Assembly (NCBI GenBank): GCA_963794795.1
Contig: CAWCFC010000003.1
Location: 178,002-242,001 of the forward strand
Direction of reading: 5' to 3'
Source of the DNA: an uncultured Acidobacteriota bacterium
GTDB lineage: Bacteria > Acidobacteriota > Terriglobia > Terriglobales > Acidobacteriaceae
Length of the DNA: 64,000 nt
A program made the translations under genes and the position numbers. The notes under the pieces are model-generated. The model saw only the letters and a program-made list of their open reading frames with translations. It did no database searches and was not told where the DNA came from. Every line of letters begins with the position of its first letter. Positions within the stretch are counted from its first letter, which is position 1. Below, in pieces: positions 19,442 through 30,296 of this stretch.

Positions 19442-21019
19442 CTAGTGCCGGAAGTGTCTCATTCCGGTGAAAACCATGGCGGTATTCAGCTTTTCCGCGG
19501 CGGCGATCACTTCCGCGTCTCGAACCGAGCCGCCGGGTTGGATGACGGCTGTAGCTCCCGCCCCAACAACGACTTCCAGACCGTCGGGGAAAGGAAAGAA
19601 GGCGTCGGAAGCAGCCACGCATCCGGCCAGCGGCAAAACGGCTTTCATCGCGCCAAATTTGGCTGCATCCACGCGGCTCATCTGGCCGGCGCCGATGCCC
19701 AGCGTCTGCCCGTCTTTCGCATAGACGATGGCATTCGATTTCACATGCTTGCAGACCCGCCAGGCGAACAGCAGAGCGGCCAGTTCTTCTTTGGTCGGCG
19801 CACGCTTGGTGACGACTTTCAATTCACTGGCCTCGACGTGGCCGCGATCTGCATCCTGGATCAGCATGCCCCCGGAAATGTATTTCATGGTCGGAGCGCT
19901 GGCGGCCGGTTTGACCTCCACTAACCGCAGATTCTTCTTGGCGGAAAGAATCTCCTTCGCCCGGACGCTGAAGGAGGGCGCGACAATCGCCTCCACAAAC
20001 AATTTGACGATCTCCGCCGCAGCGTCGCCGTCGACTTCTCGATTGATGCCGATGACCGCGCCAAAGGCCGACACAGGGTCGCACGCCAGCGCTTTTTCGT
20101 AGGCTTCCACGATGGTTGCAGCGGTGGCAGCTCCACAGGGATTAGTGTGCTTGATAATGGCGACGGCGGGTTCGTCGAACTCCTGTGCCAGCTCCCAGCA
20201 GGCATCCAGATCGACCAGATTGTTGTAGCTCAGCTCCTTACCCTGCAATTGGCGCAATCCAGCGATCCCTGTGCCGCTGCCGTTGCTGTATAAGGCTGCG
20301 CGCTGGTGCGGATTCTCACCATAGCGCAGGGACATGGTCTGCGGATAGGCCAGCCGCAAGGTTGCGGGCAGGGGTTCTTCGCCGGGCTTGGGCGCGGCCA
20401 CGGGCGCGGTCGCTTCCGGGGGAACCGCGGGCAGAGTTTCCAGCGCATTCGCGATCGCCAGGTCATAGGCAGCGGTCAGCGCAAATGCTTTTTGCGCCAG
20501 CCGCCAGCGAGTCGCGCGGCTCAGTTGACCCTGATTCGCCTGAAGTTCTTCCGTCAACGCGGCATAGTCTGCGACGGAGGTCACGACGGCGACATCTTCG
20601 AAGTTTTTTGCCGCGGAACGCACCATGGACGGGCCGCCGATATCGATGTTCTCAATGACTTCCGCGAAGTGGACGCCGGGCTTGTGCAGCGTAGCTTCAA
20701 ACGCGTACAGGTTCACCACCACCATGTCGATGGGCTCGATGCCGTGCTGTGCCACTGCTTTTTGATGTTCCGGATTGGCGCGAATGTGGAGGATGCCACC
20801 ATGCACTTTGGGGTGCAGGGTCTTGACGCGGCCATCCAGCATCTCCGGAAATCCCGTCAATTCGGAAATATCCAGCACCGTCAGACCGGCATCGCGCAGG
20901 CTACGGGCGGTGCCGCCAGTGGAGACCAGTTCGGCGCCATATTTCGCCAAAACTCTCGCAAATTCGACGACTCCGGATTTATCTGTGACGCTGAGCAGCA
21001 CTCGCCGAATTGACTTCAT
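19442..21019 (-). CDS. purH: bifunctional AICAR transformylase / IMP cyclohydrolase
   Basis: The N-terminal MGS-like domain has RVLLSVSDKSG and [12 protein letters not shown]. The C-terminal AICARFT domain ends in FTGMRHFRH. Confidence 0.95.
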   Translation of the reverse strand: MKSIRRVLLSVTDKSGVVEFARVLAKYGAELVSTGGTARSLRDAGLTVLDISELTGFPEMLDGRVKTLHPKVHGGILHIRANPEHQKAVAQHGIEPIDMVVVNLYAFEATLHKPGVHFAEVIENIDIGGPSMVRSAAKNFEDVAVVTSVADYAALTEELQANQGQLSRATRWRLAQKAFALTAAYDLAIANALETLPAVPPEATAPVAAPKPGEEPLPATLRLAYPQTMSLRYGENPHQRAALYSNGSGTGIAGLRQLQGKELSYNNLVDLDACWELAQEFDEPAVAIIKHTNPCGAATAATIVEAYEKALACDPVSAFGAVIGINREVDGDAAAEIVKLFVEAIVAPSFSVRAKEILSAKKNLRLVEVKPAASAPTMKYISGGMLIQDADRGHVEASELKVVTKRAPTKEELAALLFAWRVCKHVKSNAIVYAKDGQTLGIGAGQMSRVDAAKFGAMKAVLPLAGCVAASDAFFPFPDGLEVVVGAGATAVIQPGGSVRDAEVIAAAEKLNTAMVFTGMRHFRH

Positions 21020-21217
21020 GGACCTGAAAAACCTCGATGGAATGGAATGGGAGCAACATCCAGTTTAATTCATCTATTGCGCCTGACTTTTGCACCGGCG
21101 GACTCGGAGAATCCATTTGTCTGTCACACCCATCTCGTACAGTGTGATTTGTAATCTGAGTGATGGGTGGGTAGCCTGTAAGCAGTTCAAGCATCGTCGC
21201 AAAGAGTTGTTGCCTCC

Positions 21218-22110
21218 ATGGGGAGTTCGATCTGATCGACCACAATGACAGAGGGAGTCGCGGGGCAGAGATTCTGCCGCCTGCGTCGCAGGAGATCGAC
21301 CGCGGTCGGGGCACGGCCCAGGATGGTCCATCGGACTACGATCTGCGATCCGGACGTTATACGGGGGAACGGCCACGGTCGCAAACCCGCTCGCGAATTC
21401 TGACGGGCTGGGCCTACGCTCCGGCCACTTACATCCTGATTGGCATCAGCTGCGCCGTCTATCTGGCGATGATTTTGAATGGCGTTTCCTGGTGGGATCC
21501 AACGGCAGATCAAATTCTTCACTGGGGCGCGAACAACGGTCTGCTCGAATTGCATGGAGAGTGGTGGCGCCTGGTTACGGCGACCTTCCTGCACATCGGC
21601 ATTATTCACATCGGCACCAACATGTGGTGCTTGTGGAACCTGGGCCTGCTGGGAGAGCCGTTGTTAGGGCCGGTGGGCATTGTCGCCGTGTATCTGCTGA
21701 CAGGCGTTGCGGGTAATCTGCTCAGCTCGGCTGTGAATCCGGGTGCGATTGGTGCAGGCGCTTCCGGCGCTGTCTTTGGGATTGCGGGCGTCCTGATTTT
21801 GCTGCTGAACTCGCCGCACTTGCCGTTTCCCCGGGCGGAATTAAAGCGGTTGCGGCGCAGTGTGATTTATTTCGCAGCCATCAATCTTGTGATCGGAGCC
21901 TCCACGTTGATGTACTCAGGAGGTATCAAGATCGATAACATGGCTCACCTGGGAGGATTTCTCTCAGGCATGGCCATGGGCGTACCGCTGGCGCCGATTC
22001 TGGGTACTGGCAGGGAGCCGTATTTTAAACGGCAGAGAATTGTCTTCTCTGTGGTGACGCTAATTTTGCTGCTGTTCGCGAACTGGTTCGCCCACTTTCG
22101 AGGAGCGTGA
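21218..22110 (+). CDS. rhomboid family intramembrane serine protease (5' end apparently frameshifted)
   Basis: Has the rhomboid motifs WWRLVTATFLH, GASGAVFG and the AHLGGF histidine. The first canonical start in frame is 21469, but TM1 (PATYILIGISCAVYLA) lies upstream in the same frame. The ATG at 21218 becomes in-frame if the G4 run 21220-21223 is G5. Confidence 0.75.
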
Positions 22111-22223
22111 CCCGCCAGCGAATCGTCCGGGCTGGATGAGGGTGCGCAGGTCACGTTTTTCAAGTCACATTTCGAATTCCGCAAGAGTCTCAACGCCGTA
22201 CGGGGACAGACAATAAAATCCAA

Positions 22224-22580
22224 TTAATTCTTTTCGGCGCCGGCAAATTTCTTCACCATGGCCAGCAATAACCTGCGGTCGCTCTCGTTCAAGTTGGCGG
22301 AATAACGTCGAATCTGGGTCAAAAAACGTAATTCATCCTCGCTGAAACGCTGCGCCGGCATTTCGTAGCTCAAGGCATTCTCGGCGAAGAAATGAGCCAT
22401 GGGTACGTCCAGGGCGCTGGCGATCTTGTGCAGCGTATCGAGCGACGGAACCGTATGCCCGTTCTCGACGCGCGACAAATAACAGCGCAGAAGGCCGGTT
22501 CGTTTTTCAATGTCTCCTTGCGACATACCCTTCTGCAAACGGACGCCGCGAATCGTAGTGCCGATGTTGAGTGCTTCCAT
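22224..22580 (-). CDS. XRE-family helix-turn-helix transcriptional regulator
   Basis: Has the HTH_3 pattern IRGVRLQKGMSQGDIEKRTGLLRCYLSRVENGHTVPSLDTLHKIASAL. The start is the ATG at 22580. Confidence 0.8.
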   Translation of the reverse strand: MEALNIGTTIRGVRLQKGMSQGDIEKRTGLLRCYLSRVENGHTVPSLDTLHKIASALDVPMAHFFAENALSYEMPAQRFSEDELRFLTQIRRYSANLNESDRRLLLAMVKKFAGAEKN

Positions 22581-22923
22581 GATGGCCTCACCTGTGAACA
22601 CTTGAACTGAATACTTTGTTTTTATTCCCCACACCGGATGCGGCGTGGTCGCGCATGTGGATTCTATTGACTATGTAGTTAACATGCCACTCTGCCAATA
22701 GGCAAGTAAATTTGTGGGAGGTACCGCAGACGAAACGGTTACCACGGTATCAGCCTTTTCGTGCATGGCATTTTTTCTGCGGAGCAACGCCCAGGCACGG
22801 ATGGCGAAGTCGAAAAGTCGATAGTCTATAGAAGGAATGATCGGAACCGTTACATTTGTTGCCCGGCAGGGCACAACTTTGGCAACTACCAGGGTTTGGT
22901 CGAATCTAATTAGCTTGATAACG

Positions 22924-24453
22924 ATGAAAATTCCTCGACGACAAAGCTTGCTGGGCGTTTTGGTAGCGGCAACCTTATTCACGCCCATGGTGCAGGCTCA
23001 AGACAGCGGTATGGTGAAGCCATTAGACCTAAGCGTACCGGCAGACACCGTGTACGGCAGCGTTAGCTCTGGGCCGCCTGTCAACACCGTTCTCCCGCTT
23101 TCACTGGATGACGCGGTCCGGCGCGGATTGCAGGCGAATTTGCAGACAACGCTGGTGAAACAGGATCAGCGGATTGTTTCCGGCGAGCGCCTTGAAGCGA
23201 TCAATTACCTGATGCCCAATCTCACCTGGGAAGCAGAGCGTCAGCGGCTGCAGATCAATCTTGAGGCGGAAGGATTCAGTTCGAAACTGATCCATAGTTT
23301 TCCGCCCGCAATTATTCCTCCAGCCGATCTGAATAACATTCCAGTGGTGGTGACGGTGAATGCCGTGATCGCGCAGGCTGACCTGACTCAATCTCTGTTC
23401 GACCTGCAGTCGTTTGAACTGTACCGCGCGGCCAAAGAAGAGATCAAAGCGGTGGATTTCAGTTACCAGTCGTCGCGAGGACAGGTGATCCAAACTGTCG
23501 CCGATACTTATCTTCGCGTGCTGGCGACGGCGGCCAACGTCGACAATGCCAAGGGCTTATTGGCCACCGATGCGGAGGTCCTACGCCAGGCGAAGCTAAA
23601 GCACGAAGTAGGCGTGGGGACCCGCCTGGACGAGTTGCGTGCCCGGGTGCAATACCAGCAACAGGAGCAGGTTGTCATCGCGCAACAGAACGCGTTTGAG
23701 AAGGCCAAGGTTGACTTGAACCGGGAAATTGGGCTGCCTGCCGACCAGCCGATTCAGTTGACCGACAGCACCCCGTACGCGACCCTGGCGACCATCCCGC
23801 TGGACGAGGCGCTGCAAATGGCGTACGCCAATCGCCAGGAATACCTGTACCTGCAAGCGAAGTTGAGGTCAGCGCAATACCAGAGTCGTGCCGCTCGCTA
23901 CGAACGAGTTCCGACCATTACCTTCAAGGGCAACTATGGAGTCACCGGCACGGTTGGCAGCATTTATCACGGGACGTTCCTGGCGGAAGGCACACTGAAT
24001 GTGCCGATCTTCAAAGAAGCGCAATTCCGCGGCGATCGAGATGTTGCCGACGCGGCTACGCATGACGCGATGGCACAGCTTGCCAACTTCCATCAACAAA
24101 TTGAGGCCGAGATTCGGGACAACATGCTGGACGTTGCCGCCGCGCAGCAATTGGTGGACGTGTCCCGCAGCAATGTCGACCTGGGTCATGCCACGGTGAA
24201 CGATGCGACTGACCGCTTTCGCAACGGAGTGGATAACGATCTTCCAGTGGTCGAGGCTCAATCCACCCTGGCCACTGCGGAGGCCCAGCTGGTCAACAGT
24301 TTGTATGAATACAACGTCGCGAAAGTGGCGCTGGCGCGAAGCCTCGGCATCGTCGATCGCGAGTACCGCGAGTACCTGAATGGGCCGGCCGGGACGACGC
24401 AGTCGGCTGTTCGCCCACGAGACGATCTGACCGATATGGCGCCGATCCGCTGA
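22924..24453 (+). CDS. TolC-family outer membrane efflux protein
   Basis: The signal peptide [26 protein letters not shown] is followed by two outer-membrane-efflux-protein-type repeats rich in coiled-coil segments. Confidence 0.8.
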   Translation: MKIPRRQSLLGVLVAATLFTPMVQAQDSGMVKPLDLSVPADTVYGSVSSGPPVNTVLPLSLDDAVRRGLQANLQTTLVKQDQRIVSGERLEAINYLMPNLTWEAERQRLQINLEAEGFSSKLIHSFPPAIIPPADLNNIPVVVTVNAVIAQADLTQSLFDLQSFELYRAAKEEIKAVDFSYQSSRGQVIQTVADTYLRVLATAANVDNAKGLLATDAEVLRQAKLKHEVGVGTRLDELRARVQYQQQEQVVIAQQNAFEKAKVDLNREIGLPADQPIQLTDSTPYATLATIPLDEALQMAYANRQEYLYLQAKLRSAQYQSRAARYERVPTITFKGNYGVTGTVGSIYHGTFLAEGTLNVPIFKEAQFRGDRDVADAATHDAMAQLANFHQQIEAEIRDNMLDVAAAQQLVDVSRSNVDLGHATVNDATDRFRNGVDNDLPVVEAQSTLATAEAQLVNSLYEYNVAKVALARSLGIVDREYREYLNGPAGTTQSAVRPRDDLTDMAPIR

Positions 24454-24526
24454 CTCGCAAAACACTTTGGATGCATCCAGAATTTCGACATTCCGACTGC
24501 CACCCTCCGTTGAAAGGATTTGCCCG

Positions 24527-25927
24527 ATGACCCAAGCCCGATCCGATGCTCTGGTTCTGTTCGGTGTAACCGGCGATCTTGCCCACAAGATGATTTTTCC
24601 GGCGCTGTATGCCATGGCGAAGCGAGGGAACCTGAACGTCCCCGTGATTGGCGTTGCGTTCCCAAAGTGGAGTCTGGATCGTCTGCACAGGCGGGTGACC
24701 GACAGTATTCGCAAGTCCGGCGGCATCGATAATCAACGAGCGTTGAAACATCTTCTGTCGGTGATGACGTACGTGAGCGGAGATTACAACGACCCGGCTA
24801 CCTATGGCGCGCTCAAGTCGGCGTTGGGGAAGGCTCGCCGTCCGGCGTACTATCTTGCGATTCCGCCGGCTCTATTTGGAACCGTGATTGAGGGCCTGGG
24901 CAAGGCGAAGCTGGCCGACCAGGCGCGCGTGATTGTAGAGAAACCTTTCGGTCGCGACCTGGCCTCGGCGAGGGAACTGAATCATGTTGCGCGGTCGGTG
25001 TTCCCTGAAGACGCTATCTTTCGCATCGACCACTTCCTGGGAAAAGAGGCGATCATGAACATCCTCTATTTCCGCTTTGCCAATTCGTTTCTGGAGCCCA
25101 TTTGGAATCGCAACTATGTGGCCAGCGTCCAGATCACGCTTTCAGAGAATTTTGGCGTGAAGGATCGTGGGGCGTTTTATGAAACCGCCGGCTGTCTGCG
25201 CGACGTAGTTGAAAATCACCTGTTCCAGATTGTCGCGCTACTGGCGATGGAAGCGCCTTCGGGTCGCGACTTTGGCGCGGTACAGGCCGAAAAGGCAAAA
25301 GTCTTCAAGGCGATGCTCCCGCTTCGACCGGAGGATTTGGTTCGCGGCCAGTATGATGGCTATCGCAACGAGCCCGACGTGGCGAAGAATTCCGATGTTG
25401 AAACGTTCTGCGCGCTGCGCCTGATGATCGATTCCTGGCGTTGGGACGGTGTGCCCTTCTATCTGCGCTCCGGAAAATACCTGGCGGACACCGCGACCGA
25501 GATCATGGTGGAGTTGAAGCCGCCGCCGCAAAAGCTATTTGCCGATTCTGCGTCGGCCACGGAACGAGCAAATTATTTGCGCTTCCGGCTCTCTCCTGAT
25601 TCGGCGATTGCGCTCGCTGCCCGGGTCAAACTTCCTGGAGAGGAATTCAAAGGCGAGCCGAGAGAGCTTTATCTCTGTGAGGAACAGGCTGGCGCGGAAA
25701 CACCGTATGAGCGCCTGTTGGGCGATGCCATGAAAGGCGACGGTGCCTTGTTTACTCGCGAAGATTCAGTGGAGGCGGCGTGGGCGGTGGTTGAACCGGT
25801 CCTGAAAAAACATCACCGCGCGCTGCCGTATCGGCGCGGTAGCTGGGGACCGAAGGCTGCGGACGCTTTAATCGCGAAAGATGGCGGCTGGCACAATCCA
25901 GAGCCCAGCGGCACGCCGAAGAGTTGA
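24527..25927 (+). CDS. zwf: glucose-6-phosphate dehydrogenase
   Basis: Has the NADP-binding [17 protein letters not shown] and the active-site RIDHFLGKE. Confidence 0.92.
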   Translation: MTQARSDALVLFGVTGDLAHKMIFPALYAMAKRGNLNVPVIGVAFPKWSLDRLHRRVTDSIRKSGGIDNQRALKHLLSVMTYVSGDYNDPATYGALKSALGKARRPAYYLAIPPALFGTVIEGLGKAKLADQARVIVEKPFGRDLASARELNHVARSVFPEDAIFRIDHFLGKEAIMNILYFRFANSFLEPIWNRNYVASVQITLSENFGVKDRGAFYETAGCLRDVVENHLFQIVALLAMEAPSGRDFGAVQAEKAKVFKAMLPLRPEDLVRGQYDGYRNEPDVAKNSDVETFCALRLMIDSWRWDGVPFYLRSGKYLADTATEIMVELKPPPQKLFADSASATERANYLRFRLSPDSAIALAARVKLPGEEFKGEPRELYLCEEQAGAETPYERLLGDAMKGDGALFTREDSVEAAWAVVEPVLKKHHRALPYRRGSWGPKAADALIAKDGGWHNPEPSGTPKS

Positions 25928-25980
25928 ATCCGCGGGGCCTGTGCGGTGTGAACCTCAAGGATTGCTCGCGCCGCATCCAC

Positions 25981-27310
25981 TTAATCGATGCCGAGCTTGT
26001 GTTCCATCTTCTCCAGTGAAATGCCGGTTGTTTCCGGATAGAAAAACAGAACCAGGAAGAAGTCGAGCGCCATCATCGCGGCGAAAAAGATGAATGGATA
26101 CGCCCCGGACGTTCCAGCCATGATGGGGAAGATGAGCGAGATGATGGCATTTGAAATCCAATGGGACGAGCTTCCCAGGCCTTGCCCTTTGGCGCGCACT
26201 CGATTCGGAAATATCTCGCTGATATACACCCAGACGACTGCGCCCTGGGACGCCGCGAAGCAGGCGATATAGGCCATCAGCAGCCACACCAGCCAATGCA
26301 AATGCCGGTGGGTGACAAACACGTACGAGATCGCTGACAGGCAAATCGTCAGCCCCACGGTTCCTGCCAGCAGCAGTTTCCTGCGGCCAAATCGATCAAT
26401 CACCGTCATGGCAATCAGCGTGGCAACCAGGTTGGTCGCTCCCACAGCAACTGCTTGAAGATCGCCGGAGATTTTGCTGGAGCCCGCCATGGCGAAAATG
26501 TCGTTCAGGTAATAGAGAATCGCGTTGATTCCCGATAGCTGGCTGAACATTCCAACGGTGATGGCGAGAAATACGGGAAAACGATATTGCCGCGAGAAAA
26601 GTGGATCCGTGGGTGAGGAGCGTTCCAGGTGAATGGAGGCGACAATCTCATCCAGCTGTTGCTGCGGATGTTCGACGCCGGTCAGACGGAGAACGTGCAG
26701 CGCCTCTTTCAAATTTGACTGCATCGCCAGCCATCGTGGGCTGCGCGGAATACCGAACAGGGCGACAAGAAAACAAATTGCCGGAACTCCGGAAATGCCG
26801 AGTTGCCATCGCCATTCCATCGCGCCCAGCTGCAGCCTGGCAATCAGGAAGTTTGACAGATAGGCCAGCAGGATGCCGACAACGATGTTGACCTGAAAGC
26901 TTCCCACCAGGCGTCCACGCCACTTGGGTGGAGCGATTTCGGCAATATACATGGGGCCAAGAACTGAGGATCCGCCGATACCGAGTCCGCCGATAAAGCG
27001 AAAGAAAATCAGTGCGGGCCAGCTCCACGCAAATGCGCAGCCCAACGCGGAGATGACGTAAAAGATCGCCATCATGCGCAGACTGTCGCGGCGGCCCATA
27101 TTTTTGTCCAGGGATGGCGGCCGTCAATGCGCCAATCACGGTGCCGACGAGCGCGCTGGAGACGGTGACGCCGAGCAGAAAGTGCGTCAGGTGGTACGTA
27201 AGGGTTAGCGCGTGAGTGGTGCCGGAAATGACAGCCGTATCGAATCCAAACAGCAGTCCGCCCAGCGCGCCCACCAAGGTGCTTCGGATGACACTTCCGT
27301 TGATGGTCAT
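25981..27310 (-). pseudogene. MFS sugar porter (sugar:H+ symporter family), frameshifted
   Basis: Sugar porter signatures are GFDTAVISG, the GRR loop, IPRSPRWL and YPETTGISLE. The N-terminal 70 aa and the remainder are in different frames. The junction is at 27090-27105 (PGQKYG / RRDSLRMM). One extra base is inferred in the C3 (27095-27097) or T5 (27101-27105) run. Confidence 0.85.
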
Positions 27311-27352
27311 GAATGCTTGGCGGTCCTCGATGGGATGGGAACAGGTCGGCAG

Positions 27353-28960
27353 TTAGTCAAATTTCACCGCGCCGCAGAGGTGCACACGCACCCCAAGCGC
27401 GTCGAACATTGCCGCCTTGACCGCGAGCGCATTGGCCGCCGCTTTGGCATCCGGCGCATAGGCGATGTTGACGTGGTTGGCGCGGTGTCGCGCCATGAAG
27501 GAGTCTCGCGATATTCCCTGCAATATCGCGCTGACCATGGGCCATTGGCTGGTGGTGTGTTTCCATCGGCGATCGGTTTCTTCTTTCGGCAAATCGACGA
27601 CCGTGCCGAGTCCCATGTCAACGTGCAGCGCGTTGCCTTCGACAAATACGCGGCTCCATACGATGTTTCCGGGCTTGCCAACACCTTTCAACGTGCCGCC
27701 ACCCAGCGGGAAATACATAGGGGGCTGGCGCTCACTCGACGCACCCGCATATCCGCCGACATAGTGGTTGGCCGGCGCAGCTCCGGAAATCTGCAACACC
27801 CACACAAAATCGTCGATGCCGTCGCCTTGGAATTGTTCTCCCCAGCGTACGTCGTGCAGCGTGGTTGAAGGATCGAGCCCGAGCGCCGTCCAGCAACGAT
27901 TCGTCACCAGGGCATCTGTTCCGGCGCACTCGTCCACCTCATTGAAATGCGGCAGAGGCCCGCCGGCATACAGCTCCTTGCGCGTGTTTTCCTGATATAC
28001 GGGTGGCCGATCGGAATTATTGAAGAGACCTTCAGCCAGGTCCGAAGCAGGCACCAGATCCTTCAATCCCTGCTGATACTGGATGCCGATGGCGTCGCAT
28101 CCGAAGTCATCGGCGATGCGGGCGGCGGCGATATACATCTTGCATTGTTCATGGATCTGCACGTCGGTCAACTCGGAGTTTTCATCTTTTCCGGTGACAA
28201 ATCGCACGCCTTTATTGTCCAGCCACTGCCGTACCGCCCGTGCCTCGTCCGGCGAGATGGTACGCATCCGCGCCACCAGTGCCGACTGACTGAGCCGCTC
28301 CTTGAACACGCCAATTGGATTGAGCAGTTCGTCATCGATGATGGCGTTGTACATCCCCATGCAGCCCTCGTCGAAGATGCCGAGGATGGCCTTTTTCTTT
28401 TGCAGGTCCGCGGCAAGCTGCGTGCCTGTTTTGGCGGCTTCCGCGGGAAGAGCTTTCACATCCAGATTGCGCACGTGGGACAGATCATGAGTGACGGTTC
28501 TGCGATCGATCCATTCTTTCAGGCGAGTCAGAAAATATTCGTCGGTGAAATCCTTGCTCCACATGGTACTGAACGGTACGCCGGCTTTGACCAGCGACCC
28601 ATTCAGGTTCAACAGGCCAACGAGTCCGGGCCATTGTCCTGACCAGTTGGCGACGGTAAGGATCGGTCCGCGATGGCTGCGCATGCCGGGCAGCACATGA
28701 TGGCTGTACTGCCATGCGGCAGTGGCGAACACCAGATTGGCCTCGGGATCGATACCGGCAAAGATATCCATGCCCATGCGCTGGCTGGAGATGAACCCAT
28801 GTCCGCTGCGAGAATCAACAGGGAAGGCGCGTCGCACGGAAACGCCTGCGTCCTTGAAACATTGCGTCAGCCTTCGCTCCAGATCCTCCTGTGCGGGCCA
28901 GCAAACCTGATTGGCCGATAGTCGCAGGTCGCCGCTGGTGATCAGGACGACGTCTTTCAT
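27353..28960 (-). CDS. L-fucose/L-arabinose isomerase-like sugar isomerase family protein
   Basis: At about 535 aa, its overall similarity pattern to FucI-like isomerases comes from my recollection of the family. It lies directly upstream of the sugar porter on the same strand. The start is 28960 ([11 protein letters not shown]) or 28987. Confidence 0.65.
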   Translation of the reverse strand: MKDVVLITSGDLRLSANQVCWPAQEDLERRLTQCFKDAGVSVRRAFPVDSRSGHGFISSQRMGMDIFAGIDPEANLVFATAAWQYSHHVLPGMRSHRGPILTVANWSGQWPGLVGLLNLNGSLVKAGVPFSTMWSKDFTDEYFLTRLKEWIDRRTVTHDLSHVRNLDVKALPAEAAKTGTQLAADLQKKKAILGIFDEGCMGMYNAIIDDELLNPIGVFKERLSQSALVARMRTISPDEARAVRQWLDNKGVRFVTGKDENSELTDVQIHEQCKMYIAAARIADDFGCDAIGIQYQQGLKDLVPASDLAEGLFNNSDRPPVYQENTRKELYAGGPLPHFNEVDECAGTDALVTNRCWTALGLDPSTTLHDVRWGEQFQGDGIDDFVWVLQISGAAPANHYVGGYAGASSERQPPMYFPLGGGTLKGVGKPGNIVWSRVFVEGNALHVDMGLGTVVDLPKEETDRRWKHTTSQWPMVSAILQGISRDSFMARHRANHVNIAYAPDAKAAANALAVKAAMFDALGVRVHLCGAVKFD

Positions 28961-29143
28961 GGGGGAGTTTGCATTCAAGTTTGGCATAAAAAAGATGGAC
29001 CTCATTCCTTTTCCGTATTTACGGCGCGTCCGGATCGGCATTCGCACGCAAGCAACAGGATATTCTCTTTCTCTGGATACGTGATTGATTCAGCGAATAT
29101 CGAGTTGGACGCCTGGTGGGAAACGGGCTCTAGAATACTTGTT

Positions 29144-30263
29144 GTGCTGGTTCGCGATTTCAACTACATGTTGCCTCCGGAGCAGATCGCGCAGCAGCCA
29201 CTGCTGGATCGCGCCGCCTCTCGCATGCTTGTGATGGATTGCGCGAGCGGAGTTGTGCAGGACAGCAGGTTCCGCAGTTTTCCAGATATGTTGATCCCGG
29301 GCGATCTGCTGGTGCTCAATGACACTCGGGTGCTGCCGGCCAGACTTTTCGCTCGTCGTGCTGGAATTCATGCGCAACCGATTAGTTCTCGCAATCCGGC
29401 AGCGAAGGAGCATTTGCAGGGAAATGTCGAGGTGCTGCTGACAGGACAGCACGCTCCGCTGGAGTGGGGCGCGCTGGTGCATCCAGGCCGAAAGCTTCCC
29501 GTTGGGGAGAGACTGTTCTTTTTTGCGCAAGAGGACGTTGACTTGGCGGCAGGGCAAGAGCCGCTGCTGACGGCGGAGATTGTTGGGCGTGGGGAGTTTG
29601 GCGAGCGACGCCTGCGCTTCGATCCTGCGGATAATTTTTATGCGATCCTCGACCGCATCGGTCATATGCCGCTGCCTCCGTACATTCATCGGGCCGATGA
29701 TGTCGCAGATCGGGAACGCTACCAGACTGTGTTTGCAACTGAGCGGGGTTCCGCCGCTGCGCCTACCGCGGGGTTGCACTTTACGCAGGAGATTCTATCC
29801 ACGATTCGTGCACGCGGCGTGGAGATTGCTCGCCTGACCCTGCACGTCGGCCTGGGAACCTTTCAGCCCGTCCGCGTTGAAAAGCTTGAGGACATTCACC
29901 TGCACACGGAGCGCTATACGCTGCCGGAATCGACGGCGCAGGCGGTGAATCTGGCGCGACGTGAAGGACGTCGAGTGATTGCCGTGGGAACCACGACCGT
30001 TCGCACATCTGGAGCACTGCGCCGGGGTATCAGAGGGCGGCGAGTTGCGCGCCCATTCCGGAGAGACAGACATGTTTATTTCACCCGGATATGAGTTTCG
30101 CGTGGTGGGCGGGTTGCTGACCAATTTTCATCTGCCGCAGTCGACGCTGCTGATGCTGGTGTGTGCATTTGCTGGAACGGAAAAGGTGCTGGCGGCCTAC
30201 AATCACGCGGTTGCCGAGGGCTATCGATTCTTTTCCTACGGGGACTGCATGTTCCTGGCATAG
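29144..30263 (+). pseudogene. queA: S-adenosylmethionine:tRNA ribosyltransferase-isomerase, frameshifted
   Basis: Has [24 protein letters not shown] and AAPTAGLHF. The conserved [11 protein letters not shown]…[14 protein letters not shown]…[12 protein letters not shown] stretch is split by one extra base within 30005-30010. A GTG start at 29144 is inferred. Confidence 0.85.
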
Positions 30264-30296
30264 AGTTTTGTCGCGGATTCTGTAGACTCGAAAAAG

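Noticed and set aside
21945-22223. A 92-aa ORF starting right after the XRE regulator stop, considered as a possible toxin partner.
   Set aside because: Two thirds of it is antisense to the 3' end of the rhomboid gene. The sequence is low in complexity and has no recognisable start context.
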